A stretch of DNA of 64,000 bases from a virus: IMG/VR virus record IMGVR_UViG_3300000062_000001, positions 1-64,000 of that record; one strand, given 5' to 3'. The notes under the pieces are model-generated. The model was not told the origin of the DNA. It saw only the letters and a list, made by a program, of their open reading frames with translations, and did not search any database. Made by a program: the position numbers and the translations under genes. This document shows positions 19,509-29,317 of the stretch, in pieces (the stretch's first letter is position 1; each line of letters starts with the position of its first letter).

Positions 19509-21723
19509 CTTGTTTTATATTATAATATTCATTATTTAACCTTACTTTTTTAAGTTTACAATATTCTACTATTAGATCTTTTGCTCCAGGAATTATTTCT
19601 GAAGAATATGAATATAATTTATAATTAAAGTGTTTCAAAACATCCCAAAATTTTAATATATCTAATACTTTCTCTATTTCAAAATAATCACTATTATATA
19701 GATGATATTCCTCCGCTAATTTTAAAAGCTCTTCCTCTAAATCAGATGGGAAATCTGTTCTTATTGTACAATTTTTACACAGTGTATCAAATTTCTCCAA
19801 CATTGTAAAATGATTCTTACTAAATATATTAATAGCATTTTTGCTTATTAATGCATGGGGGGTAGTTGTATTAAAAATTTCCATACATCTTTTCCTAAAT
19901 TGTAAAACTGTTATTAAATTCTTTATATGGTGACTTTTCTCGAATTTATCCATATGAATGAAATATTTGTTATCTTTTATAAGAGTTAAATCTTTTTGTT
20001 TAATAATAATAGGTTTGTAGTGTTTGCGTTGTATGGGAAACCACAATTTAAAAAATCTATATTTTTTTTGTTCATATTCATCTGGTAAAATATAAATATA
20101 ACATCTCTTAATTGTTTTTAAATCTATTACATTAGATTCAAAAACTAATTTATCATTGGGGCCAACCGTAGGAGGTCTTCCTATTTTACATGATAAAAAT
20201 CCATCAGTCTTTATAGTAAGCTTTTGTGCTTTCTTCTTTTTATTATTCTCCTTTATTACAGCTTCAAATGTTGCAGGAATTACCACATCTTCCCAAGACT
20301 CAGTATATGTATTTAAAAACTCTTTTTCGTACTCTTCATAAATTGATATATATTCATCAAGATCTGAATGGGGAGGGGATTGAAACATAGATTCATAACT
20401 TACATCATTAAAAGCAGTTAAATCTTTTTGTTTACCAAGGTTATAGCCTTTGTATATAAATAGAATAGAACTATATGTATTTGTTAAGTATCTATATTTC
20501 TTAGTTTTCTTTATATGTTGTTTACTATTTTTTAAAATTATTACTTTATCATATTTAAGAAAATTTAATATATGGGGGTGTGGAACACAAGAGGAAGGAG
20601 CCATTGCCACCGCATAATTATGTAAAAATCCAAGTCTATTAGGGCTATAAAATAATGGTAGAGAAAACATTTTCTTTCTAAATATTTCTGGCATATGATT
20701 TACTACAGAAATACCTGAATGTGGTTCTAAATATGAAATATTTATAGTTATAGAAGGTGTTATTTCATAAGCAGTCTTAATAAAAGAAGATTGCTTAAAG
20801 TATACTTTAATGTCTTTACATTCTGTTATACGTTTATTTTGTTCAACTACTAATAAGTTAGCTACTTCCTCAATTTTCTTTTTAAGTATTTCTATGGACT
20901 CTTTTGTGTAAATAATATCTTCTCTCGATTGTATAGGTTCTACTCCTTCATCTAATCCTATTTTTATTGCTATTGGACAGTTTATTATTGACATTCCTAG
21001 TTTACTATAATCTAATGGATAATAAACTTTACCCAGCAAAATATGTAACCGTGAGTCTTCATTTAAAGTTGAATATGCCCACTTTTCATGATCAAATATT
21101 TGATAATCTCCTTCTGCATCATAGTACACATTATGTAGATATGCTATTTGACTTTTAATTTTATCTTGAAAACAATTTAAATCTCCATTGTTTATATATA
21201 CTTTAATTAATGTTCCTGAAGGTTCTAATGTTGACTCAGAATTTAATAAAGTTATTTGACTACCTTTTTCATGTTTATATATCATATATTTATATAATAT
21301 ACCATCATGAACAGTGTCTATAAAGAAACTAGATACATCATAGGCTAGTGCAGTTTTTGCCCCTAGACCAAAACATCCTATAAAATCATTAGATTTTCTT
21401 TTAGTGGATGCCCCGTAAAGAGCTACTACATTATTCATTCTATGTGGAGATATCCCAACACCCGAGTCTTTCACATAAAAATATTGTTTATGATTTTCGT
21501 CTGAACTAATACCTGTTAAGACAGGGTCTTTACTCCCACTCTCTTCATTTGCATCTATAGCATTAGATATATATTCTCTAATTAAAGAACCGATGGGATC
21601 TTTATATAATCCTGATGTAACCATTCTGATTAATGTGCTGGAATCTGATGTATCTATTGACATCAATATAGCTTTTTGATCTAACAAATCTACTACATCA
21701 TTCAATTTTTCATTAAGTATCAT
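19501..21723 (-). CDS. GHKL-superfamily (Hsp90-like) ATPase domain protein
   Basis: N-terminal Bergerat-fold motifs REYISNAIDA, VKDSGVGIS and GCFGLGAKTA. 740 aa. Confidence 0.6.
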   Translation of the reverse strand: MILNEKLNDVVDLLDQKAILMSIDTSDSSTLIRMVTSGLYKDPIGSLIREYISNAIDANEESGSKDPVLTGISSDENHKQYFYVKDSGVGISPHRMNNVVALYGASTKRKSNDFIGCFGLGAKTALAYDVSSFFIDTVHDGILYKYMIYKHEKGSQITLLNSESTLEPSGTLIKVYINNGDLNCFQDKIKSQIAYLHNVYYDAEGDYQIFDHEKWAYSTLNEDSRLHILLGKVYYPLDYSKLGMSIINCPIAIKIGLDEGVEPIQSREDIIYTKESIEILKKKIEEVANLLVVEQNKRITECKDIKVYFKQSSFIKTAYEITPSITINISYLEPHSGISVVNHMPEIFRKKMFSLPLFYSPNRLGFLHNYAVAMAPSSCVPHPHILNFLKYDKVIILKNSKQHIKKTKKYRYLTNTYSSILFIYKGYNLGKQKDLTAFNDVSYESMFQSPPHSDLDEYISIYEEYEKEFLNTYTESWEDVVIPATFEAVIKENNKKKKAQKLTIKTDGFLSCKIGRPPTVGPNDKLVFESNVIDLKTIKRCYIYILPDEYEQKKYRFFKLWFPIQRKHYKPIIIKQKDLTLIKDNKYFIHMDKFEKSHHIKNLITVLQFRKRCMEIFNTTTPHALISKNAINIFSKNHFTMLEKFDTLCKNCTIRTDFPSDLEEELLKLAEEYHLYNSDYFEIEKVLDILKFWDVLKHFNYKLYSYSSEIIPGAKDLIVEYCKLKKVRLNNEYYNIKQDE

Positions 21724-21748
21724 TTAATTTTGTTTATAATTTATAGAT

Positions 21749-22780
21749 TTATGAATATAATAATTTTAAACCATTGTTTTGGTATACTTGATATTCATAG
21801 TCATATTTTTTACAGTAATCGTGCCAGTACATTTCTTGTAAATATATCTTCCAATTTTCATATGTATAAGGTATAATAGTATTAGCAGCTACATGATAAT
21901 CCTGGAATCTTTGAACTTTTCTTTCATACCTACTTGCTACTATAAATTCTAGCATTTCCACTTTAAAATCTTTAAAATATTCATCAGAGGAAATTACTTC
22001 TTTTACCAGCCAATGATAAAGATATTGTTGAATTTGATATTTCCATTTATAAAAACTATCCTGAAATTCATGCAGAATTGAAGAGGTTGTTTTAATATCA
22101 TACAATTTTATTACTTTAGTAGAATGGTTAACTATTATCAAATCTAACATTGCCTTTACAATAGTTTGAAAATCTGATGTGGAACCATCTATAGTATGTT
22201 TGTACGGAGCAACTAGTTTTTGTTGATATAAAAACTCTACATCAGGTAAATCTCTTAATTTAAATATATCTTTTGTCCATTCTCCGTGAATTATTTCGCT
22301 ACATAAATTAGTGGCCTCTTCATACAGTTTTTTAGATATAACAATCTTATTGGGGTTCTTTATACAATAACTATAATATGTTTCCCCCCCCTCTATAACT
22401 TTATTTAGCTTAGTTTCATCTTTCCAGTTACCACCAAAACCAAATAATTTTATAACACTTAGTAAAGAATCTATTTTAGCCAAAGGTGTGTTACCTGAGC
22501 TATTAGATTTAACTATATAATCTATAATAGGTCTTATACCATCAGTTATATCCCCATTTGTCATGATAACATAGTTCTTATTAAAATTTGCTTTATCTGT
22601 AATTAAACTATCTACAATAGAACCAAATAGTAAAGATGGACTATCCTCCTTTTCTTTATCTATAAGACTTTTAGGTCCTTTTCTTGCATATTTGGCTATT
22701 TTGGAATAAGAGTAATAAGGCAAACTCCTGTATTCTGGCTCTGATATGTCTAAAGATAATTTTTCAAAACTCTTCCTCAT
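21749..22780 (-). CDS. PD-(D/E)XK (RecB/Cas4-like) nuclease
   Basis: MLDLIIVNH...IKLYDIKTT core (D...D.K) and an N-terminal YSYSKIAKY motif. Confidence 0.5.
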   Translation of the reverse strand: MRKSFEKLSLDISEPEYRSLPYYSYSKIAKYARKGPKSLIDKEKEDSPSLLFGSIVDSLITDKANFNKNYVIMTNGDITDGIRPIIDYIVKSNSSGNTPLAKIDSLLSVIKLFGFGGNWKDETKLNKVIEGGETYYSYCIKNPNKIVISKKLYEEATNLCSEIIHGEWTKDIFKLRDLPDVEFLYQQKLVAPYKHTIDGSTSDFQTIVKAMLDLIIVNHSTKVIKLYDIKTTSSILHEFQDSFYKWKYQIQQYLYHWLVKEVISSDEYFKDFKVEMLEFIVASRYERKVQRFQDYHVAANTIIPYTYENWKIYLQEMYWHDYCKKYDYEYQVYQNNGLKLLYS

Positions 22781-23099
22781 CTTCTCTTATATAACCATTA
22801 TCAATATCCTCATAATCCGTATCTTCAAAATCATTTTCTAGTAAAGAGTCATAATTTGAGGTATATCTATAATCAAAATTATCCACAAGATTCATCATAT
22901 CAAATGCTTCATCTTTGAGTTCTATTAATTTGAAGAAATCATTATCTGATAATCTATGTTGAATATCTTCTTTCTGATAAATACTAAATAGTAATTCATA
23001 TAATGATTGGTAATCATTTTCATTGTGAAATCTATGGGCTATAATGTGATCTTTAGGATAACATTCTTTTATACAGATGTACTTATCTAATTGTTGCAT
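22764..23099 (-). CDS. acidic hypothetical protein
   Basis: 111-aa ORF ending in TGA. Confidence 0.5.
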   Translation of the reverse strand: MQQLDKYICIKECYPKDHIIAHRFHNENDYQSLYELLFSIYQKEDIQHRLSDNDFFKLIELKDEAFDMMNLVDNFDYRYTSNYDSLLENDFEDTDYEDIDNGYIREDEEEF

Positions 23100-23569
23100 A
23101 AAATATTTTTTATTATATTAATACTTTCTTTTATATTCTTAATGTTTCTTGGCTCAAAAAAGTATATTTCTCTATCAGACTCTTCTCCTATACCAGTTAA
23201 TTTATTTCTTGTCATATAATGAAAAAATAGTTTTCTTTTATAAGGATATACATCATTTTGAAATCCTTTTGTTTCCATAATAATAATTACTTTATTGTCT
23301 ATATAAGAGAAATCTGGAGTATAGGACATACTTTTCATAGCTACAGGATCCCCATCTTTTTTTATTTGAAGAGCCATCCCCTTTGGAGTAGATTGATAAT
23401 AATGTAAAGCAGGAATAAATGTGGGTACTAAATACAATTTATATTCTTCATACTTAAATTTTAAGCCAGCTTCTTTTAATAAAACTGCACATTTACCTTC
23501 AAGTTGACTTTTATATTTAATTCCATCTATTATTGTTTCTTTAGCATTTCTAACCTTTTTATTTTCCAT
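23087..23569 (-). CDS. T7 endonuclease I-like Holliday junction resolvase
   Basis: SQLEGKCAVLLKEAGLKFKYEEYK and YTPDFSY...IIMETKGF parallel the T7 gp3 motifs (SKQLES..GIKFEYEE and YTPDF...VETKG). Confidence 0.7.
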   Translation of the reverse strand: MENKKVRNAKETIIDGIKYKSQLEGKCAVLLKEAGLKFKYEEYKLYLVPTFIPALHYYQSTPKGMALQIKKDGDPVAMKSMSYTPDFSYIDNKVIIIMETKGFQNDVYPYKRKLFFHYMTRNKLTGIGEESDREIYFFEPRNIKNIKESINIIKNILCNN

Positions 23570-23915
23570 TCTTTTTCTTCTTCTTTCTAAAAGCTGCCCT
23601 TCTTATATCTCTTAATACCGTTGCAACTTTAATTATGTCTTCTTTGGTTCTAAAGAAGGCATATGCTTGGTATTCATTCTTTGAAATAAGCTTCATATTT
23701 TCGTCTGGTACTTTACATATTTTACCAGATAATATATCAAAATACCAAAGTTCTTTAGCTTTGGAAATATGGTCTTTATATAAACTATCATAATGAAAGG
23801 CCAACATTCTAGCTAATATATTGTGTGACCATAAAGGAGTATTTTTTATGTGTGATCCTACAGTACTTGATTCTGCAAGTTTTTTTAAATCATTAAGTGG
23901 TTTTTTCTGTTCCAT
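23559..23915 (-). CDS. hypothetical protein with basic tail
   Basis: 118-aa ORF. Confidence 0.5.
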   Translation of the reverse strand: MEQKKPLNDLKKLAESSTVGSHIKNTPLWSHNILARMLAFHYDSLYKDHISKAKELWYFDILSGKICKVPDENMKLISKNEYQAYAFFRTKEDIIKVATVLRDIRRAAFRKKKKKNGK

Positions 23916-23929
23916 AATTTATTTATTAA

Positions 23930-23961
23930 AAAGTAAGGTATTAAATTAATAATACCTTACT
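23930..23961 (-). terminator. 12-bp perfect hairpin
   Basis: aagtaaggtatt (23930-23941) pairs with aataccttactt (23950-23961). Confidence 0.45.
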
Positions 23962-23976
23962 TATGTTATTAAAATA

Positions 23977-24285
23977 TTATTTTAAATAACCCCTTAAAAT
24001 GTCAGAACCTCTCAAAAAGTAATCAATAGCTTGTTGGATAGGATCTGTTGTCCTATAACTTCCAACTTTTTGTGTTATTGTTCTTTTGATAGGCCCTCTA
24101 TTTAATTTAGTATTAGCTTTACCAGTACATTTACAAGGGCTTACTTTACAGATAGTTTCATTAAGTTTACTAGTTGTAAAATGTGTCCAGTTTCCCTCAG
24201 CTCTTACTTGGGCCTTAATTGCTGGATCTTTCATTAAGGACTGTAATGTTTCTTTAGCTTCTTTGTAACCTAATTGTTTGTTCAT
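23977..24285 (-). CDS. hypothetical protein
   Basis: 102-aa ORF. Confidence 0.5.
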   Translation of the reverse strand: MNKQLGYKEAKETLQSLMKDPAIKAQVRAEGNWTHFTTSKLNETICKVSPCKCTGKANTKLNRGPIKRTITQKVGSYRTTDPIQQAIDYFLRGSDILRGYLK

Positions 24286-24287
24286 TT

Positions 24288-25292
24288 TTATTTATTAATT
24301 AATTGATTTATTACTATTTTAAATACTTCTACTCCATGATTTTTACATGTATCTGAAGGATCTTTTGATTCATATTCCCAAGGAATCTCTATAAAGTTAA
24401 AATTATATTTTTCACATAACTGTTCACTATATGTTTGACCAACAAGATCATTATCATACAATACATAAATATTTTTAAATCTGTTTATTAATTGTCTTAC
24501 AACATGGGGTTTTGGTAAATGCGATTCACTTTGTAAAGCTACACTTGGAATTCCTGTATTAGCCCATAAACATACAGCATCTTTTCTGGAAGAGGTAATA
24601 ATTAATTTATCTCCCTGTTTGGGTAATTTATCCCATAGATCCCATACACTACTGTTATGATTGTTTAACCATTTATAATGTATAGAGTATGGTTGATAAA
24701 TTTTAAAACTTTCTTTATCATCTTTAAATTCAACAAAACTATAGGCTAATTTATCAGGCCTAACTATATGTTTTGTTAAATTTCCTTTCCCATCTGTTTT
24801 GAATATAAAAAGAGTCTGTATGGGGTATATATTAGCCCATTTAAGCCACTTTTCTGAAATTCCATAGGAAGCCCAATATTCAATATCATATGGCTTAAAA
24901 TCCCTTATTTTAACCTTTAAATCAATAAAAGTTTTTGTAGCTCTTTTATCTACTTTTAAAGGTTCAGAAATTTTAGTTATGGGTTTGTATGTAATATTGT
25001 ATCCTTTAAAATCATGGATTAACATATCTATAATATCATTATAGGGTATACGAAAATATTCCTGTAATAGTTTTATTATACTGCCTTTATTCCCTGTAAC
25101 AAAATCCTTATAAAATATATTTCCATCTTTTCCGTAAAAGAATCCAAAACTAGGATTTTTTTCTCTCCTTAAAGGACTTAGTATCATATAAGGAACTTTC
25201 TCTACTCCAAAGTATTTCTGTACAATATCTTCATCTGATATTTTACTATAAAGGTCTTTTAAAGTAATACTTGAAGATCCTTTAGCAAACAT
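24288..25292 (-). CDS. DnaG-like primase (degenerate zinc-finger region plus Toprim)
   Basis: SPLRREKNPSFGFF...YKDFVTGNKGS resembles the CHC2 primase finger without its Cys residues. Toprim-like IITSSRKDAVCL and VLYDNDLVG (DxD). Confidence 0.65.
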   Translation of the reverse strand: MFAKGSSSITLKDLYSKISDEDIVQKYFGVEKVPYMILSPLRREKNPSFGFFYGKDGNIFYKDFVTGNKGSIIKLLQEYFRIPYNDIIDMLIHDFKGYNITYKPITKISEPLKVDKRATKTFIDLKVKIRDFKPYDIEYWASYGISEKWLKWANIYPIQTLFIFKTDGKGNLTKHIVRPDKLAYSFVEFKDDKESFKIYQPYSIHYKWLNNHNSSVWDLWDKLPKQGDKLIITSSRKDAVCLWANTGIPSVALQSESHLPKPHVVRQLINRFKNIYVLYDNDLVGQTYSEQLCEKYNFNFIEIPWEYESKDPSDTCKNHGVEVFKIVINQLINK

Positions 25293-25302
25293 AAATGTTT
25301 AA

Positions 25303-26187
25303 TTAGCCCCAGGGTAATTCGTCTTCTGATCCTCCTTGATTGAAAGAGACTGTAGGAGTTTCTACAAATTCTTTGAAATCTATAGAATATTCTACATTAC
25401 TGAGCCTATCTTTTTGTCCATTCATATGAGTCTCAAATCTACTTTGACATCCAAAATCTTTACCTTTAGCAAAGAAAGAGTTTAGAATATTTTGATATTT
25501 TTTATTATCATTATTAGTAGTTACTGTAAACATAACTTTAACAAAGTTCCCAGGCCTTAATCCAAGAATATCTTTCAATGGAGCTACATTCCCTTTAGTA
25601 ATCTTTTTAATTTCATCCGCTGAAAATCCTGCTAAACATTCTTTTAGTTCGTCTCCAGTTTTATTAACCATTACATTATCTTGCATCTTTCTCATATTAT
25701 TAATACTGAGGTATGCAATTACAAATTTAACAAGTTCTTCTTCGCCCACCATAGATGGTCTATAAGGCATAAGGAAGCCTGTTAATTCTGTACCATCATT
25801 AGCCTGGGGAACTCCTTTTTCTTCAAGAATTTCCTTTGTAACCCATGATGTTTGCCCATAATCATTAATAACTTTTACTTTAGTTCCAGCAGCATTCTTT
25901 TGTGGTGTTGGCCTCATAAAGAAGCTGAGCTTACTAATAGGAGCATCATTATTAAATTCTTTAGACACTTGGACTATAATATCAACTCTTGCATAGTCTA
26001 AACCATTCTTATCTTTTCCAGTATAGTCTGCTACTTTCTCTACAGTCCTTCCGTATATTTTACTTAATTCACTAGCTGTAGGGTTTACAGCTAAAACAGT
26101 AACAGGAGCGATTCCTGTGTACAATTTTACTTTTCCACCTTCTCCACCATTTACAGTTACACTGTCATTACCTTTTGCAAATGCCAT
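25303..26187 (-). CDS. possible single-stranded DNA-binding protein
   Basis: Position between primase and recombination ATPase, plus an acidic-aromatic C-terminal tip GGSEDELPWG. Support is weak. Confidence 0.35.
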   Translation of the reverse strand: MAFAKGNDSVTVNGGEGGKVKLYTGIAPVTVLAVNPTASELSKIYGRTVEKVADYTGKDKNGLDYARVDIIVQVSKEFNNDAPISKLSFFMRPTPQKNAAGTKVKVINDYGQTSWVTKEILEEKGVPQANDGTELTGFLMPYRPSMVGEEELVKFVIAYLSINNMRKMQDNVMVNKTGDELKECLAGFSADEIKKITKGNVAPLKDILGLRPGNFVKVMFTVTTNNDNKKYQNILNSFFAKGKDFGCQSRFETHMNGQKDRLSNVEYSIDFKEFVETPTVSFNQGGSEDELPWG

Positions 26188-26192
26188 AATTT

Positions 26193-26417
26193 TTAATTAA
26201 ATTTAAATGTGTTATCTTCTTGTTCTTTACCTTTCTCTGTTTTTGTGTAGACACTATTAATGTCTTCATACATTTTCTTTGTTGTTTTGAGAGTTTCTAT
26301 TTCTTTTAGGTGCTCTTCAATTTTAAATTGTAACATTTGAATCTTATTTTCTATATTAGAAATAAGCTTCTGATTACTTTTAATTGTTGATAATTGAAAA
26401 TTATTCAATTGTGTCAT
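26193..26417 (-). CDS. hypothetical coiled-coil protein
   Basis: 74-aa ORF. Confidence 0.45.
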   Translation of the reverse strand: MTQLNNFQLSTIKSNQKLISNIENKIQMLQFKIEEHLKEIETLKTTKKMYEDINSVYTKTEKGKEQEDNTFKFN

Positions 26418-26418
26418 T

Positions 26419-26703
26419 TTAAAAAACTTTTATTAAATTGTTATCTTTATCATGTAAATATACTATATTATATTTTCTTACCAAATGTTCAATTGCTGCA
26501 CTATAAACATTGTAGAACACATTTGATTGTACTCCATTAATTATCATAGTGGGTTGTTTTATTGCTTCAGCTAAATAAGTATCTATATCTGGATCTTTAT
26601 CCGTTTTGATATCTGTAAGAAACTCTTTAGCTAATTGCATAGCTTGGTTTATATGTATATTAGTATTATTCTTTATGATATTAATTATTTCTTCTCTTGT
26701 CAT
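26419..26703 (-). CDS. hypothetical protein
   Basis: 94-aa ORF. Confidence 0.5.
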   Translation of the reverse strand: MTREEIINIIKNNTNIHINQAMQLAKEFLTDIKTDKDPDIDTYLAEAIKQPTMIINGVQSNVFYNVYSAAIEHLVRKYNIVYLHDKDNNLIKVF

Positions 26704-27401
26704 TAAATTTTGTAATAACTTCTAATAGTTTTATCTACTAAAGCTAAACTATTAGGTATTCTAAAATCCTTAAACATTCCTATTGGCGTTTTAGCGCTAC
26801 TCCTATTCTTTCTTGTTTCAAAGGTAAATTCACATGTGCCATCCCCATCATCTTCTACATGTGTAAATAGACATATAGGAAAGAATCCTTCAGGAGGGAC
26901 TCTTTTAGACTTTTTACCTATAACTGATAAAGCCTTTGTTTCTTTACCATCTATATCTGTTATCAATTCAGTATGACCAAATATATACGCAATTTGATCA
27001 TTTCTTAATTCTTGATTACACAGAATAGTTAATTCAAGTACATCATTGGCTACATCTCTCCAATTATCGAAACTCAATTTCTTTCTATCATTAAATTCCT
27101 TATATGATAAATAACAATTTAATGTATCAAAAGCTATTGATTTAATTTCAGGATTTTTAGCTGCAAATAATACTAAATTTTTAATATCTTTAAATTCATC
27201 TATTTCTATGTAGTTCTTATTTTCTTTACACCACATTCCTGCTGGAAAGGGCAATTCCTTTTTATCTAGATTAACTATAATATGTGCTTTAGGATTCATA
27301 CCTGAGTAATTATCCATATCATATTTACCATCTAGATTAATTATAGTTGAGGTAGATTTACCATCTCCAGATGGTCCAAATATACCACACAATTTGCTCA
27401 T
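26703..27401 (-). CDS. RecA-fold P-loop ATPase (AAA_24/Sak4-like)
   Basis: GIFGPSGDGKST Walker A at the N-terminus, with size and context typical of phage recombination ATPases. Confidence 0.5.
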   Translation of the reverse strand: MSKLCGIFGPSGDGKSTSTIINLDGKYDMDNYSGMNPKAHIIVNLDKKELPFPAGMWCKENKNYIEIDEFKDIKNLVLFAAKNPEIKSIAFDTLNCYLSYKEFNDRKKLSFDNWRDVANDVLELTILCNQELRNDQIAYIFGHTELITDIDGKETKALSVIGKKSKRVPPEGFFPICLFTHVEDDGDGTCEFTFETRKNRSSAKTPIGMFKDFRIPNSLALVDKTIRSYYKI

Positions 27402-27422
27402 ATATTTAATTATTTTATTAAT

Positions 27423-27878
27423 TTACCATGAAGATTCATAATATATATCAAATGGACATTGCTCATAGTCCTCTATTACTTGTTTTAATATTTTTATAGT
27501 GTTATCAATTTCTTTAAAATACCACTCATCATACTCTGTATTACCAAAGAAAAATCCTTCTCGAGTGGGCAGTAATTCTTTTGCAAGAGAATGGTTTTCT
27601 TTAATTGATATACATATTGCTAACAAATCTTTTATATGTTTAACATTTACCAAATGTCTTTCACAATTATCAACCCCGTTTTGTACATTGTCTACAAACC
27701 ATTTATGTAAGGCATTAAACTTTCTCCAATCATGTAAAGACTCTTCTATAGCATTTATTTTATTTGTATTAATATTAAATTTTTTACCTTTAATTTTTAA
27801 AGAGAACTTAATATCTTTAGGGTCTATGTATTCAGCCCCAATATAAGTACTTTTTATTAACCAATGATCCAATCCCAT
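27423..27878 (-). CDS. hypothetical protein
   Basis: 151-aa ORF. Confidence 0.5.
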   Translation of the reverse strand: MGLDHWLIKSTYIGAEYIDPKDIKFSLKIKGKKFNINTNKINAIEESLHDWRKFNALHKWFVDNVQNGVDNCERHLVNVKHIKDLLAICISIKENHSLAKELLPTREGFFFGNTEYDEWYFKEIDNTIKILKQVIEDYEQCPFDIYYESSW

Positions 27879-27879
27879 T

Positions 27880-28113
27880 TTAATTTAATTTATTATAGTA
27901 ATCATTTATTTTATTATCTTTAGGTAAAGGCAACTCTTCAAAATAATTAACATCCCCATAAAATAATAATGGACAAGTTTCATTACCTCTTCCTTCTCTA
28001 TTCTCTATTATTTGAATAAATCTTACATTATCTTTTAATTTAGTTATATCATATCCTTTATAAGATTTAACCTCATGTTTTGAAGGATTATATATACCTA
28101 TTAAAGTATTAAA
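27880..28113 (-). CDS. DnaB-like replicative helicase, exon 2
   Basis: Encodes FNTLIGIYNPSKHE... after the proposed 3' splice site. The ATG of track ORF 27880..28116 is assigned to the intron, and its G is the terminal intron G. Confidence 0.7.
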   Translation of the reverse strand, partial: FNTLIGIYNPSKHEVKSYKGYDITKLKDNVRFIQIIENREGRGNETCPLLFYGDVNYFEELPLPKDNKINDYYNKLN

Positions 28114-29317
28114 CATTTTGTTATCTTAGAGGCTCTTTATCCCCTAATTCTACATTTTCATTTTGTTATATATGTAGTTCAGACTATATCATCACTATAA
28201 AATATAGTGTCTCACGCTCGTGTTTTTTCATCTTATATTTCTACTTAGATTACTAAATTAGTCGTTGAACCTTTTTATTGTTTCCAATAAACTTGGCTGC
28301 TGATTATCTTCTTCAAGACTTTCCAGCAATTCATGAGATTTTACAAGGACTTTAACACTTGTAAATTAATTTTATAATACATAGATTCTAATAATTCTGG
28401 AAAAATAATTGAAACAAATTTTTTAAAATCTTTTATTGATAAATAAATAGAATTATTATTAAATTTAGTAAAAGTAAGATTGAATCTTTCTTTCATAAAA
28501 TTTATAAGTAATTTTATTTCTAAATCATTAAAACAGCATGTAGCTATTGATACTGAATTAGATTGTTTTGAACCATCATCCATAAAAAAATATGTTAATG
28601 ATACTTCATCAAAATTATCTAAATATTCTTTAGTTATACATTTCTTGTTATTAAGATATAATTGATTATAAATTTTTAAATAATATGGATTTGCAGAACA
28701 ATTTATCCAATATCCTTCATAATATATTCCATTTCTTGAATCTGGTGTATTCCTTTTTCTATATTTAAATTTTGCACCCAATGATTTTAAAATTTCATAT
28801 TTATGATAAGCATATTCTTGTTGTTTTATTCCATGTCCACAAACAAAATCTGGATTTATACAGTTTTTACCTATTCTAAGAGAACTATCTCCTAATAAAG
28901 TTCCATATAACATACTTTTTTGATAAGGAGTAGCCTCTATCATTTTAGCAATATTATAATTTTCTCTATAAAAAGAGTTCTTTATTCTCGCTGCATATAT
29001 CCCACTTTCTTTAACATTAAACTTTTCTGCTATTTCTTTATCCGTTAAACCTTTTTCAACTAACTGTTTCAATTCTGTAATTGGGATTTTTCTCCCTAAA
29101 CCTTGTTTATAATTGGATGGAAAATTATTTTTCTTTCTCCAAGTTCTTATAGATTCATGGTGTTTACCAATTTCTTTTCCTATACGAGCATCACTATACC
29201 CTTTTTGATATAACTCGTTAATTATTAATTCTTTTTCTATTGTATTCATTTTACTTTTATTTAAGTATTTTTACAAATATAAGTAAAATATTTTTAATTT
29301 ACAAATTTTTTTACCCT
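28114..29317 (-). mobile_element. group I intron in the helicase gene
   Basis: Core elements, sense strand: P gaattgctggaaag (28319-28332), Q aatcagcagcc (28295-28305), R ggttcaacgactaa (28258-28271), S gatgatatagtct (28181-28193). P1 pairs exon aaggaU with GUCCUU (28345-28350), and P10 pairs uuaaa with exon 2 uuuaa. The spliced frame is continuous (292 + 77 codons). Confidence 0.8.
28341..29249 (-). CDS. intron-encoded LAGLIDADG homing endonuclease with N-terminal HTH repeats
   Basis: LLGDSSLRIG and FFMDDGSKQ dodecapeptide motifs, plus two HTH-like repeats (YSDARIGKEIG and LTDKEIAEKFN). Confidence 0.8.
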   Translation of the reverse strand: MNTIEKELIINELYQKGYSDARIGKEIGKHHESIRTWRKKNNFPSNYKQGLGRKIPITELKQLVEKGLTDKEIAEKFNVKESGIYAARIKNSFYRENYNIAKMIEATPYQKSMLYGTLLGDSSLRIGKNCINPDFVCGHGIKQQEYAYHKYEILKSLGAKFKYRKRNTPDSRNGIYYEGYWINCSANPYYLKIYNQLYLNNKKCITKEYLDNFDEVSLTYFFMDDGSKQSNSVSIATCCFNDLEIKLLINFMKERFNLTFTKFNNNSIYLSIKDFKKFVSIIFPELLESMYYKINLQVLKSL

